Shown here: piece by piece, positions 46,183 to 57,237 of the stretch | Numbering within the stretch: position 1 is the first letter of the stretch | Layout: each line of letters begins with the position of its first letter | Source of the DNA: Candidatus Nealsonbacteria bacterium | Lineage (GTDB): Bacteria > Patescibacteriota > Minisyncoccia > Minisyncoccales > JAGGXC01 | Reading direction: 5' to 3' | Assembly (NCBI GenBank): GCA_026396195.1 | Contig: JAPLXH010000006.1 | Location: 77,784 to 141,783, forward strand | Length of the DNA stretch: 64,000 nt | Notes under the pieces: model-generated | The model's input: only the letters and a program-made list of their open reading frames with translations | Database searches by the model: none | What the model was told of the DNA's origin: nothing | Program-made: the position numbers and the translations under genes

Positions 46183-48519
46183 TTAAACTTCTTCTTTTTC
46201 AGACGTTTCTTCTTCGTTTTCATTGTCTTTATTGCCTTTCTCTCCATTCTCTTGTTGTTCTTCTTCTTTTTCCTCTGAAACTTCTTCTTTTTCAAAGGTT
46301 TCTTCTTCAGAATCAGTTTCTTCCTCGTTTTCCGTTCCATTTTCTTTAGGTTCTTCCGGCTCTTCAATAATATCTTCATCTTCTTTTTTCGTTCCAAAGG
46401 TCTCCAGCTCGTCTCCTATTATTTCCCGAGGCTTGGCGCCGTCGGAGGGACCCACCACTCCTCTTTCTTCCAGCATATCCATTAATCTGGCGGCTCTGGC
46501 ATAACCTATTTGCAATCTCCTTTGCAAAAGAGAGGCCGATGCTTTCATTGATTCTATGACTACGCTCTTCGCGGTATCGTAAAGAGGGTCCTCTCCTCTG
46601 GAAAAAATATCGAAACCTTCTTTTGTTTCTTCTTCGGAAAGTTTTTCTTTCAAACTGTCCGCCATATCTGCGTTATAAATCTCGGCGGGGTCTATTTTGG
46701 AAGCTATAAATTTAACCACTCTTTTCGTTTCTTTTTCAGTAACCAAAGCTGCTTGGATTCTTTTGGGTTTGGAAATTTCGGTTGAAACAAAAAGCATATC
46801 ACCTCGGCCTAAAAGTTTTTCAGCTCCGGAGATATCAAAAACAGTCCTGGAATCAACCTGGGAAGCAACCTGAAAAGCAACCCTGGAAGTAATATTGGCT
46901 TTAATTAAGCCGGTAATCACCTCTACTGAAGGCCTCTGGGTAGCCAAAACCAAGTGAATGCCTACGGCTCTCGCCATTTGAGCTATTCTCACAATTAAAG
47001 CCTCGACATCTCTGCCTTTTGAAGCCATTAAATCAGCCAGCTCGTCAATAATTAAAACAATATAAGGCAGAGGTTCCGCGGAGCCGTTAGCAACGTGCTC
47101 GTTATAAGAAACTATATCTTTTGACCTAAAACGAGATAAAACATCAAATCTTCTTTCCATTTCTTCAACCAGCCATCTTAAAGCGTTAACCGCCCTGCTC
47201 TTGTCGCAAATCACCGGTGATAATAAATGAGGAAGTTCTCCGTAAACCGGGAACTCCACTCTTTTCGGGTCAATTAAAATCAATCTTAAAGTTTCGGGAG
47301 AATTTCTATAAATTAAACTTAAAATTAAATTATTTAAAAATACGGTCTTTCCGCTACCCGTACTGCCGGCCACCAACATATGAGGCATCCGGCACAAGTC
47401 AGCATAAGCCGGATTGCCGGATACGTCCTTTCCTAAAGCAAAAACAAGCCAGGAGGCGGAATTTTGAAAAACAGGGGTTTCCAACAAGCTTCTTAATCTA
47501 ACCTCGCCTCTAACCGCATTTGGCACTTCGATGCCCACTAAGGGTTTTCCGGGAATGGGAGCTTCAATTCTTATGGGATGAGAAGCCAAAGCTAAAGATA
47601 AGTCATTGGAAAGAGTGGTAATCTTTGACACCTTTATCCCTTCGGCCGGCTTTAAGGTGTATTGAGTAACGGTCGGGCCGATATTAATTTGGCCCATCTC
47701 AACGGGAATATTAAAATTCTGCAAGGTTCTCTTGATAATAGCGGCGTTGGTGTTTGTGTCTCCGCTTATTGCCTCTTTTCTCTCCACTTCAAGCAAATCA
47801 AGGGAGGGCTTTTCGTAATTTTTATTATTTTTAGCAAGCGAAAGTTGTTTTAATTTCAAGCCGGGAATAGCTTGGGTTTCTTCCACTTTTTCCGATTTTG
47901 AGACAAATAAAACATTCCTTGAGGGAAGCAATTCCTTTACTTTAAAATTATGGAATATTTCTCTTTTAATAAAGGAAACCTTGCTTTCTTTCTGGGAAAT
48001 TTTTTCTCTTTCTTTTTTTTGTTTATAAAAAGGATATAAAATTACAAGGCCGGAAATTAAAGTAAGGGTGCCAAAAACAATAAGTGAAACCCAAAATTCA
48101 AAAAATTTCAAAAACGGCCAACTTGCGGCATATCCTACCCAGCCGCCAAGTTTTGAGGATTGCTTGAAAGAACCCAGGATTCCCGACAAACCGACCATAA
48201 AAAACAAAATGGCGAAAAAAATAAGCCATTTTTTATTTTCAAAAGTTTTAAATCCTTCCCATAAAACCAACCCCACCAAAACTAAAAACAAAGGAAAGGC
48301 GAATATCGCCTTTCCCATAAGCAAATTGGAAACTTTAAAAAAAGCATCACCCGCCACTCCGGCTAACCCGAAAAAGCTTAAACCGACAATTATCGCCACT
48401 AAAACAACCAATACCGCTAAAATTTTTTGCTTAATTTTAGAAGATAAAATAGAAAAACCGACAGGTTTCTCTTTGAATTCTTTTTGAAATTTTCTATTGT
48501 TTTTTTTATCTTTAGCCAC
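46183..48519 (-). CDS. ftsK: DNA translocase FtsK/SpoIIIE with acidic C-terminal tail
   Basis: N-terminal TM helices, motor domain with Walker A GSTGSGKT, and a gamma winged-helix (SASLLQRRLQIGYARAARLMDMLEERGVV). About 80 Glu-rich residues follow. Confidence 0.9.
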   Translation of the reverse strand: MAKDKKNNRKFQKEFKEKPVGFSILSSKIKQKILAVLVVLVAIIVGLSFFGLAGVAGDAFFKVSNLLMGKAIFAFPLFLVLVGLVLWEGFKTFENKKWLIFFAILFFMVGLSGILGSFKQSSKLGGWVGYAASWPFLKFFEFWVSLIVFGTLTLISGLVILYPFYKQKKEREKISQKESKVSFIKREIFHNFKVKELLPSRNVLFVSKSEKVEETQAIPGLKLKQLSLAKNNKNYEKPSLDLLEVERKEAISGDTNTNAAIIKRTLQNFNIPVEMGQINIGPTVTQYTLKPAEGIKVSKITTLSNDLSLALASHPIRIEAPIPGKPLVGIEVPNAVRGEVRLRSLLETPVFQNSASWLVFALGKDVSGNPAYADLCRMPHMLVAGSTGSGKTVFLNNLILSLIYRNSPETLRLILIDPKRVEFPVYGELPHLLSPVICDKSRAVNALRWLVEEMERRFDVLSRFRSKDIVSYNEHVANGSAEPLPYIVLIIDELADLMASKGRDVEALIVRIAQMARAVGIHLVLATQRPSVEVITGLIKANITSRVAFQVASQVDSRTVFDISGAEKLLGRGDMLFVSTEISKPKRIQAALVTEKETKRVVKFIASKIDPAEIYNADMADSLKEKLSEEETKEGFDIFSRGEDPLYDTAKSVVIESMKASASLLQRRLQIGYARAARLMDMLEERGVVGPSDGAKPREIIGDELETFGTKKEDEDIIEEPEEPKENGTENEEETDSEEETFEKEEVSEEKEEEQQENGEKGNKDNENEEETSEKEEV

Positions 48520-48542
48520 TTTGATACCAGATAATAAATAAA

Positions 48543-51500
48543 TTATTTAGTTTCTTGTTTTATTTTAAATCCGGTGCCCGCTGGTATCAGTTTACCAATG
48601 ATTACGTTTTCCTTCAATCCCAAAAGTTTATCTTCCCGACCCTCAATGGCGGCTTTTATTAAAATCCTGGAAGTTTCCTGAAAAGAAGCGGCGGATAAGA
48701 AACTTTTCGTAGTCAAAGCCACTTTTGAAATACCCAACAAAATGGGAACTGCTTTAATTAAGTTTTTATTGGCTTTCTTAAGCACTTCGTTTTCTTCAAT
48801 TATTTCCGATCTTTCGGCTATCTCTCCGGGAATAAAATCAGAGTCACCCGAATCTTTTATTCTTACCCGAGAGAACATTTGCCTGGCAATGGTTTCAATG
48901 TGTTTATCGTGAATATCCACCCCCTGAGAAGAATAAATTTTCTGAATTTCTTGAACAACATACCGCCAAGTTTCTTCCAAGCTGGTTAATTTAAATAATT
49001 TTTTAAGGTTTAAGCTCCCCTCGCAAAGCTGTGTTCCTCGTTTAACTTTTTGGCCAGGTTTCACCCACATAGCCAAGTCTAAAGGAATTAAATATTCGAT
49101 TTCTTTTTCTTTCAGTTTTTTTGAATCCAAGTCCGGAGCAATTTTAATTATACCTTTTTTCGCATCCACGCTTATTATCTTGCCGTCAACCTGGCTCATT
49201 ACCGCCTCTCCGGCTGGCGAGCGCAATTCCAAAACTTCTTCTACTCGAGGCAAACCCTGAGTAATGTCCCCTCCGCCGGCTACTCCGCCGGTATGAAATG
49301 TCATTAAGGTAAGCTGGGTACCAGGCTCTCCGATTGCCTGAGCGGCTATAACTCCAACAGCTTCTCCCATTTTTATTAATTGATTTCTTCCCAAATCCCA
49401 ACCGTAACATTGCCGACAAACTCCCCGGCTAGTTTTACAGCTTAAGGGAGACTTGACTCTGACTTCGTTTATTTCTTCGCTGTCTAAAATAATTTTTGCT
49501 TTTTTAAAATCTACTAAATCTCCTTTTTGAACAATAACCTTTCCTTTAATTTTCACCTCGTCAAGACAAACTCGGCCTAAAATCTTATATAAAAAACTCT
49601 GGCCGATTTCTTCCGCGTCTTTCTTAAAAACTAAAATGCCTTTTCTGTCACCGCAATCTTCTTCAATGACTATCACTTCGTGGGCGACGTCAACCAACCT
49701 TCGGGTCAGGTAACCGGCTTTGGCAGTTCTTAAGGCGGTATCGGCCGTTCCTTTTCGGGCGCCGTGAGTGGAATTGAAATATTCAAGCACGTTAAGCCCT
49801 TCTTTATAAGAGCTCTTAACTGGCAATTTTATAATATTCCCCATGGGATTGGTAACCAATCCCTTCATGCCGGCCATCTGCACCGGTTGAGACCAAGAAC
49901 CTCGAGACCCCGAGTCAACGATTGTATAAACGGAGCCTTCAACTGATAAGGTTTTTGAAAATTCTTTTTCAATCTTATTTTTTGCTTCCTGCCAAGTGCT
50001 GATTATCTCATCATCCCGCTCTTGCTCTGAAAGAAGTCCTTTTTGAAAATGTTTCTCTATCTGGTCAATTTTATTTTCAGCTTCTTCTAAAATTTTAGGT
50101 TTCATGGCCGGAACTTGAAGGTCGTCCATGCCCCAGGAGATACCCGACCTCGTTGAATACTCAAATCCTAAATTTTTAATTTTATCCAAAGTTTCTTCCA
50201 CTATCGGTTCATAACCTATGAGGGCTTTGTGCTCTTCAATGATCGTACTGACTATATTTTTAAGATCTTTAATTTTTATTTTGATATTTTGAAAAGGAAA
50301 GCCCACGGGCAATGCTTGGTTAAATATAATCCGACCGACCGAAGTTTCAATGAAATCCTTTTCTATTTTAATTTTTATTTTTGCCCTCAAATCAATGTAT
50401 CCCAAGCTTTCAGATAAAATCGCCTCTTCGGGAGAGCTCAGAACTTTTCCTTCGCCTTTTAATCCTTCTTTTATTGTTGTCATCCAATAACAGCCCAGAA
50501 CTATGTCTTTGCTCAAAGACATGACCGGAGTGCCGGTGGCCGGTTTCAACAAATTCAAGCTGGAAAACATAAGTTCTCTGGCTTCTTTTTGAGCTTCCTG
50601 CGACAAAGGAACGAAAACCGCCATTTGATCTCCGTCAAAATCAGCGTTAAAGGCCTGGCAAACCATGGGATGGATTCTTAAGGCCTCTCCTTCCACCAGT
50701 ACGGGCTTGAAAGCTTGAATTCCCAATCTATGCAAAGTTGGGGCTCGGTTAAGTAAAACTAACTTGTCCTGAACCACCTCTTCCAGCAAAGCCCAAACTT
50801 CGGGAGTCTTTTCTTCAATTAATCGGGAAGCTCCCCTGACATTATAAGCTAATTCTTTATTTAAAACTTTATGTATGACAAAGGGTTTGAACAATTCCAG
50901 AGCCATTTTCTTGGGAAGACCAACTTCCGAAAGTTTAAGTTCCGGCCCCACCACAATCACCGACCTCCCGGAATAATCCACTCGCTTTCCCAATAAATTT
51001 CTCCTGAATCTCCCTTCCTTGCCTTTTAACATGTCAGCCAACGACTTTAATAATCTTTTTCCGCCGGTGGTTGACCTAGTTGTCTGGGCCTTTCTCATGC
51101 CGTTATCGATTAAGGCGTCAACCGCTTCCTGAAGCATTCTTTTCTCGTTTCTAACAATCACTTCCGGAGCTGAAATTTCTAAAAGATATTTTAAGCGGTT
51201 ATTCCGGTTAATCACCCGGCGATAAAGGTCGTTCAAATCGGAAGAAGCGAACCGACCGCCTTCCAACTGCACCATTGGCCTTAAATCAGGAGGCAAAATG
51301 GGCAGAGTTTCCCAAAACATCCATTCCGGCCTTATTCTTTCTTCTTGCATTTTTTTAAAAAGCTTCAATCTTCTCAGGATTTTTTTCTTATCAATCAGTT
51401 CTTTTTCCAGCTGTTTTTTCAATTTTTCAATTTCTTCTTTTAAATCAATTTTTTTAAAAATTTTTACCAAAGCTTCCGCCCCGGTTTCGGCTTCAAAAAC

Positions 51501-52139
51501 TTCTCCGTATTTTAAGGCTAAATTTTGATAATCGATTTCCGATAATATTTTTAAACTTTCCAGTTCTGAAACTTCTTTTCTGGCTTTTTCCCTGGCGTCT
51601 TTCAGGTCCTGCAAAACATTCTTAAGTTTCTTTTTGTCCTTTTCAAATTGGTTTTGACCGGCTTTTACTTTGGTTTTATATTCTTTTTCTATTTCGTCAA
51701 GAATTTTTTTCTGGGCGTCTTTATCAACTTTAGTGATAATATAAGCTGAAAAATAAATCACTTTTTCCAATTTTTGCATCGGCAAATCCAAAACCTGGCC
51801 CATGCGCGAAGGCATGCCTCTTAAAAACCAGATATGGGAACAAGGGGTAGCCAGATTAAGATGGCCCATTCTTTCCCGACGGACTTGAGATTTAGTTACC
51901 TCTACTCCGCAACGGTCGCAAACCACTTCTTTAAACCTTACTCCCTTGTATTTTCCGCAATAGCATTGATAGTCTTTGGTGGGCCCGAAAATTCTTTCGC
52001 AAAAAAGGCCGTCTTTCTCAGACCTTTGAGTTCTATAATTTATCGTCTCGGGCTTGGTGACTTCTCCATGAGACCAAGAAAAAATATCTTCAGGAGAAGC
52101 CAGTTTAATTTTTATTGAATCTAAATCTATGACTCGCAT
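48543..52139 (-). CDS. rpoC: RNA polymerase beta' subunit
   Basis: NADFDGD catalytic motif; 1198 aa. Confidence 0.95.
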   Translation of the reverse strand: MRVIDLDSIKIKLASPEDIFSWSHGEVTKPETINYRTQRSEKDGLFCERIFGPTKDYQCYCGKYKGVRFKEVVCDRCGVEVTKSQVRRERMGHLNLATPCSHIWFLRGMPSRMGQVLDLPMQKLEKVIYFSAYIITKVDKDAQKKILDEIEKEYKTKVKAGQNQFEKDKKKLKNVLQDLKDAREKARKEVSELESLKILSEIDYQNLALKYGEVFEAETGAEALVKIFKKIDLKEEIEKLKKQLEKELIDKKKILRRLKLFKKMQEERIRPEWMFWETLPILPPDLRPMVQLEGGRFASSDLNDLYRRVINRNNRLKYLLEISAPEVIVRNEKRMLQEAVDALIDNGMRKAQTTRSTTGGKRLLKSLADMLKGKEGRFRRNLLGKRVDYSGRSVIVVGPELKLSEVGLPKKMALELFKPFVIHKVLNKELAYNVRGASRLIEEKTPEVWALLEEVVQDKLVLLNRAPTLHRLGIQAFKPVLVEGEALRIHPMVCQAFNADFDGDQMAVFVPLSQEAQKEARELMFSSLNLLKPATGTPVMSLSKDIVLGCYWMTTIKEGLKGEGKVLSSPEEAILSESLGYIDLRAKIKIKIEKDFIETSVGRIIFNQALPVGFPFQNIKIKIKDLKNIVSTIIEEHKALIGYEPIVEETLDKIKNLGFEYSTRSGISWGMDDLQVPAMKPKILEEAENKIDQIEKHFQKGLLSEQERDDEIISTWQEAKNKIEKEFSKTLSVEGSVYTIVDSGSRGSWSQPVQMAGMKGLVTNPMGNIIKLPVKSSYKEGLNVLEYFNSTHGARKGTADTALRTAKAGYLTRRLVDVAHEVIVIEEDCGDRKGILVFKKDAEEIGQSFLYKILGRVCLDEVKIKGKVIVQKGDLVDFKKAKIILDSEEINEVRVKSPLSCKTSRGVCRQCYGWDLGRNQLIKMGEAVGVIAAQAIGEPGTQLTLMTFHTGGVAGGGDITQGLPRVEEVLELRSPAGEAVMSQVDGKIISVDAKKGIIKIAPDLDSKKLKEKEIEYLIPLDLAMWVKPGQKVKRGTQLCEGSLNLKKLFKLTSLEETWRYVVQEIQKIYSSQGVDIHDKHIETIARQMFSRVRIKDSGDSDFIPGEIAERSEIIEENEVLKKANKNLIKAVPILLGISKVALTTKSFLSAASFQETSRILIKAAIEGREDKLLGLKENVIIGKLIPAGTGFKIKQETK

Positions 52140-52161
52140 AAATTAATTGGGTTTATTTTTT

Positions 52162-55100
52162 TTATTGCTCTGGTGTTTGTTCTTTGGCTTTTGATTTAGA
52201 AAAAGTTTCTTCTGTTTTTCCTTTTATTTCAACGTTCAAACCCAAAGCTTTTAATTCTCCGACTAATAGATTAAAGGAGGCCGGTAAGTTTGGTGGAGAG
52301 ATATGTTCTCCTTTTAAAATGGCTTCGTAGGCAGCCGCTCTTCCCGGGACATCGTCCGATTTTATAGTCAGCATTTCCTGCAAAACATTAGCCGCGCCGT
52401 ATCCTTCCAAGGCCCAAACCTCCATTTCTCCGAATCTTTGACCGCCAAACTGCGCCTTTCCACCCAAGGGTTGCTGGGTAATCAAAGAGTAGGGACCGAT
52501 AGCTCTCATATGGACCTTGTCTTCCACCATATGAATCAGTTTCATCATATACATTGAGCCGATGGTAATTTTTTCCGGAAAAGCCTCTCCGGTCTTTCCG
52601 TCATAAAGAGTAATTTGACCGCTTTCAGGAAGACCGGCCGCTTTAAGCTCTTCCTTGATATCCTTTTCATTAGCCCCGGTTAAAGGAGGAGTTATCGCCA
52701 CATATCCCAATTCTCTTGCGGCCCATCCCAAATGAGTTTCCAAAATTTGACCCAAATTCATTCTTGAAACCACCCCAAGGGGAGTCAAAACAACATCAAC
52801 CGGCACGCCGTTTGCCGTAAATGGCATTTCTTCGGCCGGTAAAATTTTTGAAACCACGCCCTTATTTCCATGACGGCCGGCCAATTTGTCTCCGGGCGTT
52901 ATTTTTCTTAATTGAGCAACTTCAACTTCCACTCTTTTTATTATTCCCGGTTCCAAATTGGACTCTTCTCTGTTAAAAACCTTTACTTTTACCACTCTTC
53001 CTTTTTTCCCATGCTCCATTCTAAGAGAAGTGTCTTTTACCTCTTTGGCTTTTTCGCCGAAAATAGCGCCAAGCAATCTCTCTTCGGCCGTCAAATCTTC
53101 TTTCCCTTTAGGGGAAATTTTACCGACCAAAATATCACCCGGCCCCACTTCAGCTCCAACCCTTACAATCCCTTCTTCGTCCAAATCTTTAAGTTTTTCC
53201 TCTCCGACATTGGGAATATCATAAGTGGTAATTTCAGGCCCTAATTTTGTTTCCCTGACGTCGCAACCGAAGTTATCAATGTGTATAGAGCTATAAAAAT
53301 CCTCTTTTATCAATCGGTCGGAGATTACAATCGCATCTTCGTAGGTCTCTCCCCTGAAAGCTAAGAAAGCCACTAAAACGTTCTGGCCCAAAGCCAAATA
53401 TCCATTATCGATTCCTCCGCCGTCAGCCAAAATATCGCCGGCTTTCACTTTTTGGAACTTTTGAACTCTGGGTTTTTGATGAAAGCAAGTATATTGATTG
53501 GTTCGAACAAAAGTTCTTAATTCGTAATTTTTAATCTGGCCATTTTGGGTTTTTAACTTTACGTGATTGGAATCCACCTCTTCTACTGTGCCGGAATCTT
53601 GAGCTAAAATTTCCTGCCCCGAATCCTGAGCAACTCTTTTTTCATTGCCGGTCATAACAAGAGGCATTTTTGGGTTTAAAAGAGGAACGGCCTGGCGCTG
53701 CATATTAGAACCCATAAGAGCTCTATTCGCATCGTCATTTTGTAAAAAAGGTATAAGAGAAGTCGCGATTGAAATTGATTGCTGGGGAGAAACATCAATA
53801 AAATCAATTTTTGATTTTTCTATTTCTCCCGGCTCTCCTTTGATCCTGGCTTCCACTTTTTCAGGAATAATACAGCCCTTTTCATCAATGGGAGTGCCGC
53901 CGTGAGCAATATTATATTTTTCTTCTTCAAAAGCTAAAAGATAATGGAGCTCCGAAGTAATTTTTCCGTTTTTAACTTTAAAATAAGGAGTTTCAATAAA
54001 ACCAAAAGCGTTGACCTTAGCAAAACCGGCTAAATGGTTAACCAGCCCGATATTAGGACCTTCGGGAGTTTGAATCGGGCAAATTCTGCCGTAATGAGAG
54101 GGCTGAACATCCCTGACTTCAAAACCGGCTCTTTCCCGGGTTAAACCTCCTGGTCCCGTTGCCGACAATCTTCTTTTGTGTTCCAGTTCCGCCAAAGGAT
54201 TTTCATTGTCCATAAACTGGGAAAACTGGGAAGAGCTGAAAAATTCTTTAACCACCGCCATAAAGGGCCTGGGATTTATCAAATGAATCGGAGCTAGAGT
54301 ATAAACATCAAGGGTGGACATTTTATCTTTTATAATTCTTTCCATTCTCATCAGTCCTACTCTTAATCTATTCTGTAAGAATTCTCCCAAATTCCTGACC
54401 CGGCGGTTTCCCAAATGGTCAATTTGGTCCGGCTTTGCATCAGGAGTATTGTTTAAGCGGATAATTTCTCTTAAAACAGCGACGAGGTCTTGAACGCTCA
54501 ATACCCGATTTTCCTTGGTGATTTCTTCTTCTTTACTCTTTTTAAGGTCAGGCACTCTTTGTCGCATTTTCCAACGGCCGACTCGTGACAAGTCATATCT
54601 CTCAAAATTGAAAAACATATTCTCTAAAAGCTCTCTGGCTGTATCCGAACTCGCCATGTCCCCGGGCCTCAAACGTCTATAAATTTCAACTACCGCTTCC
54701 GCCTGATTTTTGGTTAAATCTTTTTTCAGGGTTTCTTCAATAAACTTAATTTCTCCCCTATCCACGTCTTCAAAAAGATTCTTTATTGAGTTGTTATCGC
54801 TAACTCCGAAAGCCCTTAAAAGAGCGGTGGCGGGAATTTTTCTTTTTCGGTCTATTTTTAACGAAATAGCGCCTGATAACTCCGTATCAAACTCCAGCCA
54901 GCTGCCGCGATTAGGAATTATTTTAGCTCCAAAAAGTTTTTTTCCTTTATTGTTGTTTAAAGTAAAAAAAGCCCCAGGGGAGCGGATTAATTGGGAAATT
55001 ATCACTCTCTCAACGCCATTAACGACAAAAGTGCCCCTTTCGGTCATTAAGGGGAAGTCGGTCAAGAAAACTTCTTGCTCTTTTGCTTCTTTGGTTTTTA

Positions 55101-55383
55101 AATTAACCAGCTTTGTCCTAACCCTAAGAGGAGCTTCAAAAGAAGCGTTATTTTGTTTTGCTTCCAAGTCTGATTTATACTTGCATTTTCCGAGCTTATA
55201 ATCTAAAAACCAAAGCTCTAATTCTTTACCGGTGTAGTCCTTAATGGGAGAAATTTCGGCAAAAAGCTCTTTAAGTCCGTTTTCCACGAACCATTGCCAG
55301 CTCTGTTTTTGAATATCAAGCAAATAAGGGAGATCTAAGTTAACTTTTGATTTTGAAAAACTTTTAAATTGAGTTTTTTCCAT
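52162..55383 (-). CDS. rpoB: RNA polymerase beta subunit
   Basis: 1073 aa with conserved beta-subunit blocks (GRHGNKGV, GGQRFGEMEVWALE). Confidence 0.95.
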   Translation of the reverse strand: MEKTQFKSFSKSKVNLDLPYLLDIQKQSWQWFVENGLKELFAEISPIKDYTGKELELWFLDYKLGKCKYKSDLEAKQNNASFEAPLRVRTKLVNLKTKEAKEQEVFLTDFPLMTERGTFVVNGVERVIISQLIRSPGAFFTLNNNKGKKLFGAKIIPNRGSWLEFDTELSGAISLKIDRKRKIPATALLRAFGVSDNNSIKNLFEDVDRGEIKFIEETLKKDLTKNQAEAVVEIYRRLRPGDMASSDTARELLENMFFNFERYDLSRVGRWKMRQRVPDLKKSKEEEITKENRVLSVQDLVAVLREIIRLNNTPDAKPDQIDHLGNRRVRNLGEFLQNRLRVGLMRMERIIKDKMSTLDVYTLAPIHLINPRPFMAVVKEFFSSSQFSQFMDNENPLAELEHKRRLSATGPGGLTRERAGFEVRDVQPSHYGRICPIQTPEGPNIGLVNHLAGFAKVNAFGFIETPYFKVKNGKITSELHYLLAFEEEKYNIAHGGTPIDEKGCIIPEKVEARIKGEPGEIEKSKIDFIDVSPQQSISIATSLIPFLQNDDANRALMGSNMQRQAVPLLNPKMPLVMTGNEKRVAQDSGQEILAQDSGTVEEVDSNHVKLKTQNGQIKNYELRTFVRTNQYTCFHQKPRVQKFQKVKAGDILADGGGIDNGYLALGQNVLVAFLAFRGETYEDAIVISDRLIKEDFYSSIHIDNFGCDVRETKLGPEITTYDIPNVGEEKLKDLDEEGIVRVGAEVGPGDILVGKISPKGKEDLTAEERLLGAIFGEKAKEVKDTSLRMEHGKKGRVVKVKVFNREESNLEPGIIKRVEVEVAQLRKITPGDKLAGRHGNKGVVSKILPAEEMPFTANGVPVDVVLTPLGVVSRMNLGQILETHLGWAARELGYVAITPPLTGANEKDIKEELKAAGLPESGQITLYDGKTGEAFPEKITIGSMYMMKLIHMVEDKVHMRAIGPYSLITQQPLGGKAQFGGQRFGEMEVWALEGYGAANVLQEMLTIKSDDVPGRAAAYEAILKGEHISPPNLPASFNLLVGELKALGLNVEIKGKTEETFSKSKAKEQTPEQ

Positions 55384-55557
55384 GTTAATTTAGAAAAGCC
55401 GATTTACTCTTTTTTAGAGAGCAAATCAATAAACAAAAGACCCCTAGGTTTTTTGTATTTTAGGGTTAAAAAATAAGTTTTTAATTTTTAATAAGAAAAA
55501 AAGTTCAAAAGATAAAAAAAATTACAAATTTTTTAAAAAATTCATCTACTCCAAATA

Positions 55558-57219
55558 TTATTCTTTTTTGGAATAACTGTCAAGCCCGTCAAAGTCACCA
55601 TTGCTTACTTTCTTTATTTCTTGTTTTTCGCCGATTGGCGGATATTTTTCTTCCCTTCTTTTTCTTCTTTTCTTCCTTATTATATATGTAAGGAAAACCA
55701 ATAAAATAATCAGCCATAAAATCGAGAATCTAATCTCGGGTTTTTGCGCTTCTGCCCAGCCGGTTCCAAGCTCTAAAATTCCGATTTTTTTGATTATCAT
55801 TTTGCCCGAAATTTTTTTTAGAGATTGGTTTTTATAATTAATGATAAAAATATCGAAAGCATAAATTTCAGGTTCGGGCGGAAGAATTACGGCTGAATAC
55901 TGTTTTTTATCGCCGTCTATTTTTAAAAGAAAAGAAAAGGTCTTCCCGTCTTTTTTTAAGGTAACCATTATTGTTTTTAAAACCTCGGGCAGTTTTTCGT
56001 AATCAACAAAAATCGTTAAGGGTTTTTCCGGTTCAACTCTTACTGTTTCTTTATCAAAAATCAATAATTTTTTTCCTTCCTGAATAAAATTGAAATCCTC
56101 TAGGGTCAATTCTCTGACTATTGGCGGCACTTCTTCGGGAGGAACTTGAGGCGGAATTTCAGGGGGTATTTCCGGAGGGACTTCCGGCGCCAAAGAAAAT
56201 CTTGGTATTTCAGAAATTACAGCTCCGGAAGAAAAATTTCCGGCCTTGTCAAAAGAAAAAACAGTATAATAATAACGGCTCCCGTTTTCTACTCCTTTGT
56301 CCAGAAAAAAAATGTCCGCTCCTTTGTAAACTAAAACTCCTTCATAAATATGAGTGGGATAAAAAATAGTTGAACGCACTATCATTACCCCGCCAAAATC
56401 TTTTTCCAAAGGATTTTCCCATTTTAGCCCTATCTCCCGATCCTGAGCTTTCGCTCCTAAGTTGGAAACGTTTAAGGGCGGAGTGGAATCAAAAATAATG
56501 GAATCTGAAACAACATTAGAAACTCCGCCGGCAAAACTTCTAAATTTGGCGTAAACTTTTTTTTCACCTTCCCCTGGAGTTAAAAACCATTCTTTTTGGG
56601 GCTGATAATTTTCCCAAACGTCTCCGCTAAAATCAGGGTTATTGCTGATTGCCATTATAGAAGCATTCTTAGCAAAAAGACTCAAAAAAATCTTAACAGA
56701 ATTCGTATAAATTAAATTATTATTTATCACGACTGAAGGATTTTCAGGCGGCGGAGGAAGAAGGGTGGGACCCCCTGTTTCTTCCGCTTCCAAGCTAGGC
56801 AATGATAATGTGGTGGCCGAAGCTGAATCGCTTTGAGAAGATTCTGTTCCTCCGCTATCTAAGGCTGAAACCTTATAAGTATAAGTGGTAGCCGAAGACA
56901 GTCCAATGTCCGAATAAGAAACTTGGGTAGTTGAAGCAATAAAACTTCCTTCTCGATAAATTTTATAATAATCAGCTTCTGTAACTGAATCCCAAGAAAG
57001 GTCTATTTGATATGGACTCGAAGCTATAGCTGTTAAATTAGTCGGGGCTGAAAGAGTCACAATCGTCACCGAAGGTGTAATACTTAGTGCTGAAATTTCC
57101 GAAGAAAAAATAGCAAAAAAAGAAAAGAAAAGAAGGAGTAATATCCCAACTCCTTTTTTTTTAAAAAAATTTTTTACTGAAATATTTATTTCGGAAATAA
57201 ATCTAAAATTTTTTGCCAC
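55558..57219 (-). CDS. surface protein with Fn3 domains, Pro-rich spacer and C-terminal TM anchor
   Basis: Signal/TM segment GILLLLFFSFFAIF. Fn3 domain LSAPTNLTAIASSPYQIDLSWDSVTEADYYKIY...TYTYKVSALD and a second Fn3-like domain GLKWENP...RYYYTVFSFDKAGN. Spacer PEVPPEIPPEIPPQVPPEEVPP. Anchor ILWLIILLVFLTYIIRKKRRKRR. Confidence 0.65.
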   Translation of the reverse strand: MAKNFRFISEINISVKNFFKKKGVGILLLLFFSFFAIFSSEISALSITPSVTIVTLSAPTNLTAIASSPYQIDLSWDSVTEADYYKIYREGSFIASTTQVSYSDIGLSSATTYTYKVSALDSGGTESSQSDSASATTLSLPSLEAEETGGPTLLPPPPENPSVVINNNLIYTNSVKIFLSLFAKNASIMAISNNPDFSGDVWENYQPQKEWFLTPGEGEKKVYAKFRSFAGGVSNVVSDSIIFDSTPPLNVSNLGAKAQDREIGLKWENPLEKDFGGVMIVRSTIFYPTHIYEGVLVYKGADIFFLDKGVENGSRYYYTVFSFDKAGNFSSGAVISEIPRFSLAPEVPPEIPPEIPPQVPPEEVPPIVRELTLEDFNFIQEGKKLLIFDKETVRVEPEKPLTIFVDYEKLPEVLKTIMVTLKKDGKTFSFLLKIDGDKKQYSAVILPPEPEIYAFDIFIINYKNQSLKKISGKMIIKKIGILELGTGWAEAQKPEIRFSILWLIILLVFLTYIIRKKRRKRREEKYPPIGEKQEIKKVSNGDFDGLDSYSKKE

Positions 57220-57237
57220 ATTAATTTAAAATTTTGA

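Noticed and set aside
46014-46397. 127-aa Lys-rich ORF from the track
   Set aside because: It is the FtsK acidic tail (GAA/GAG-rich) read in another frame, which gives AAG/AAA runs. It then continues through the structured spacer. It has no independent coding signal.
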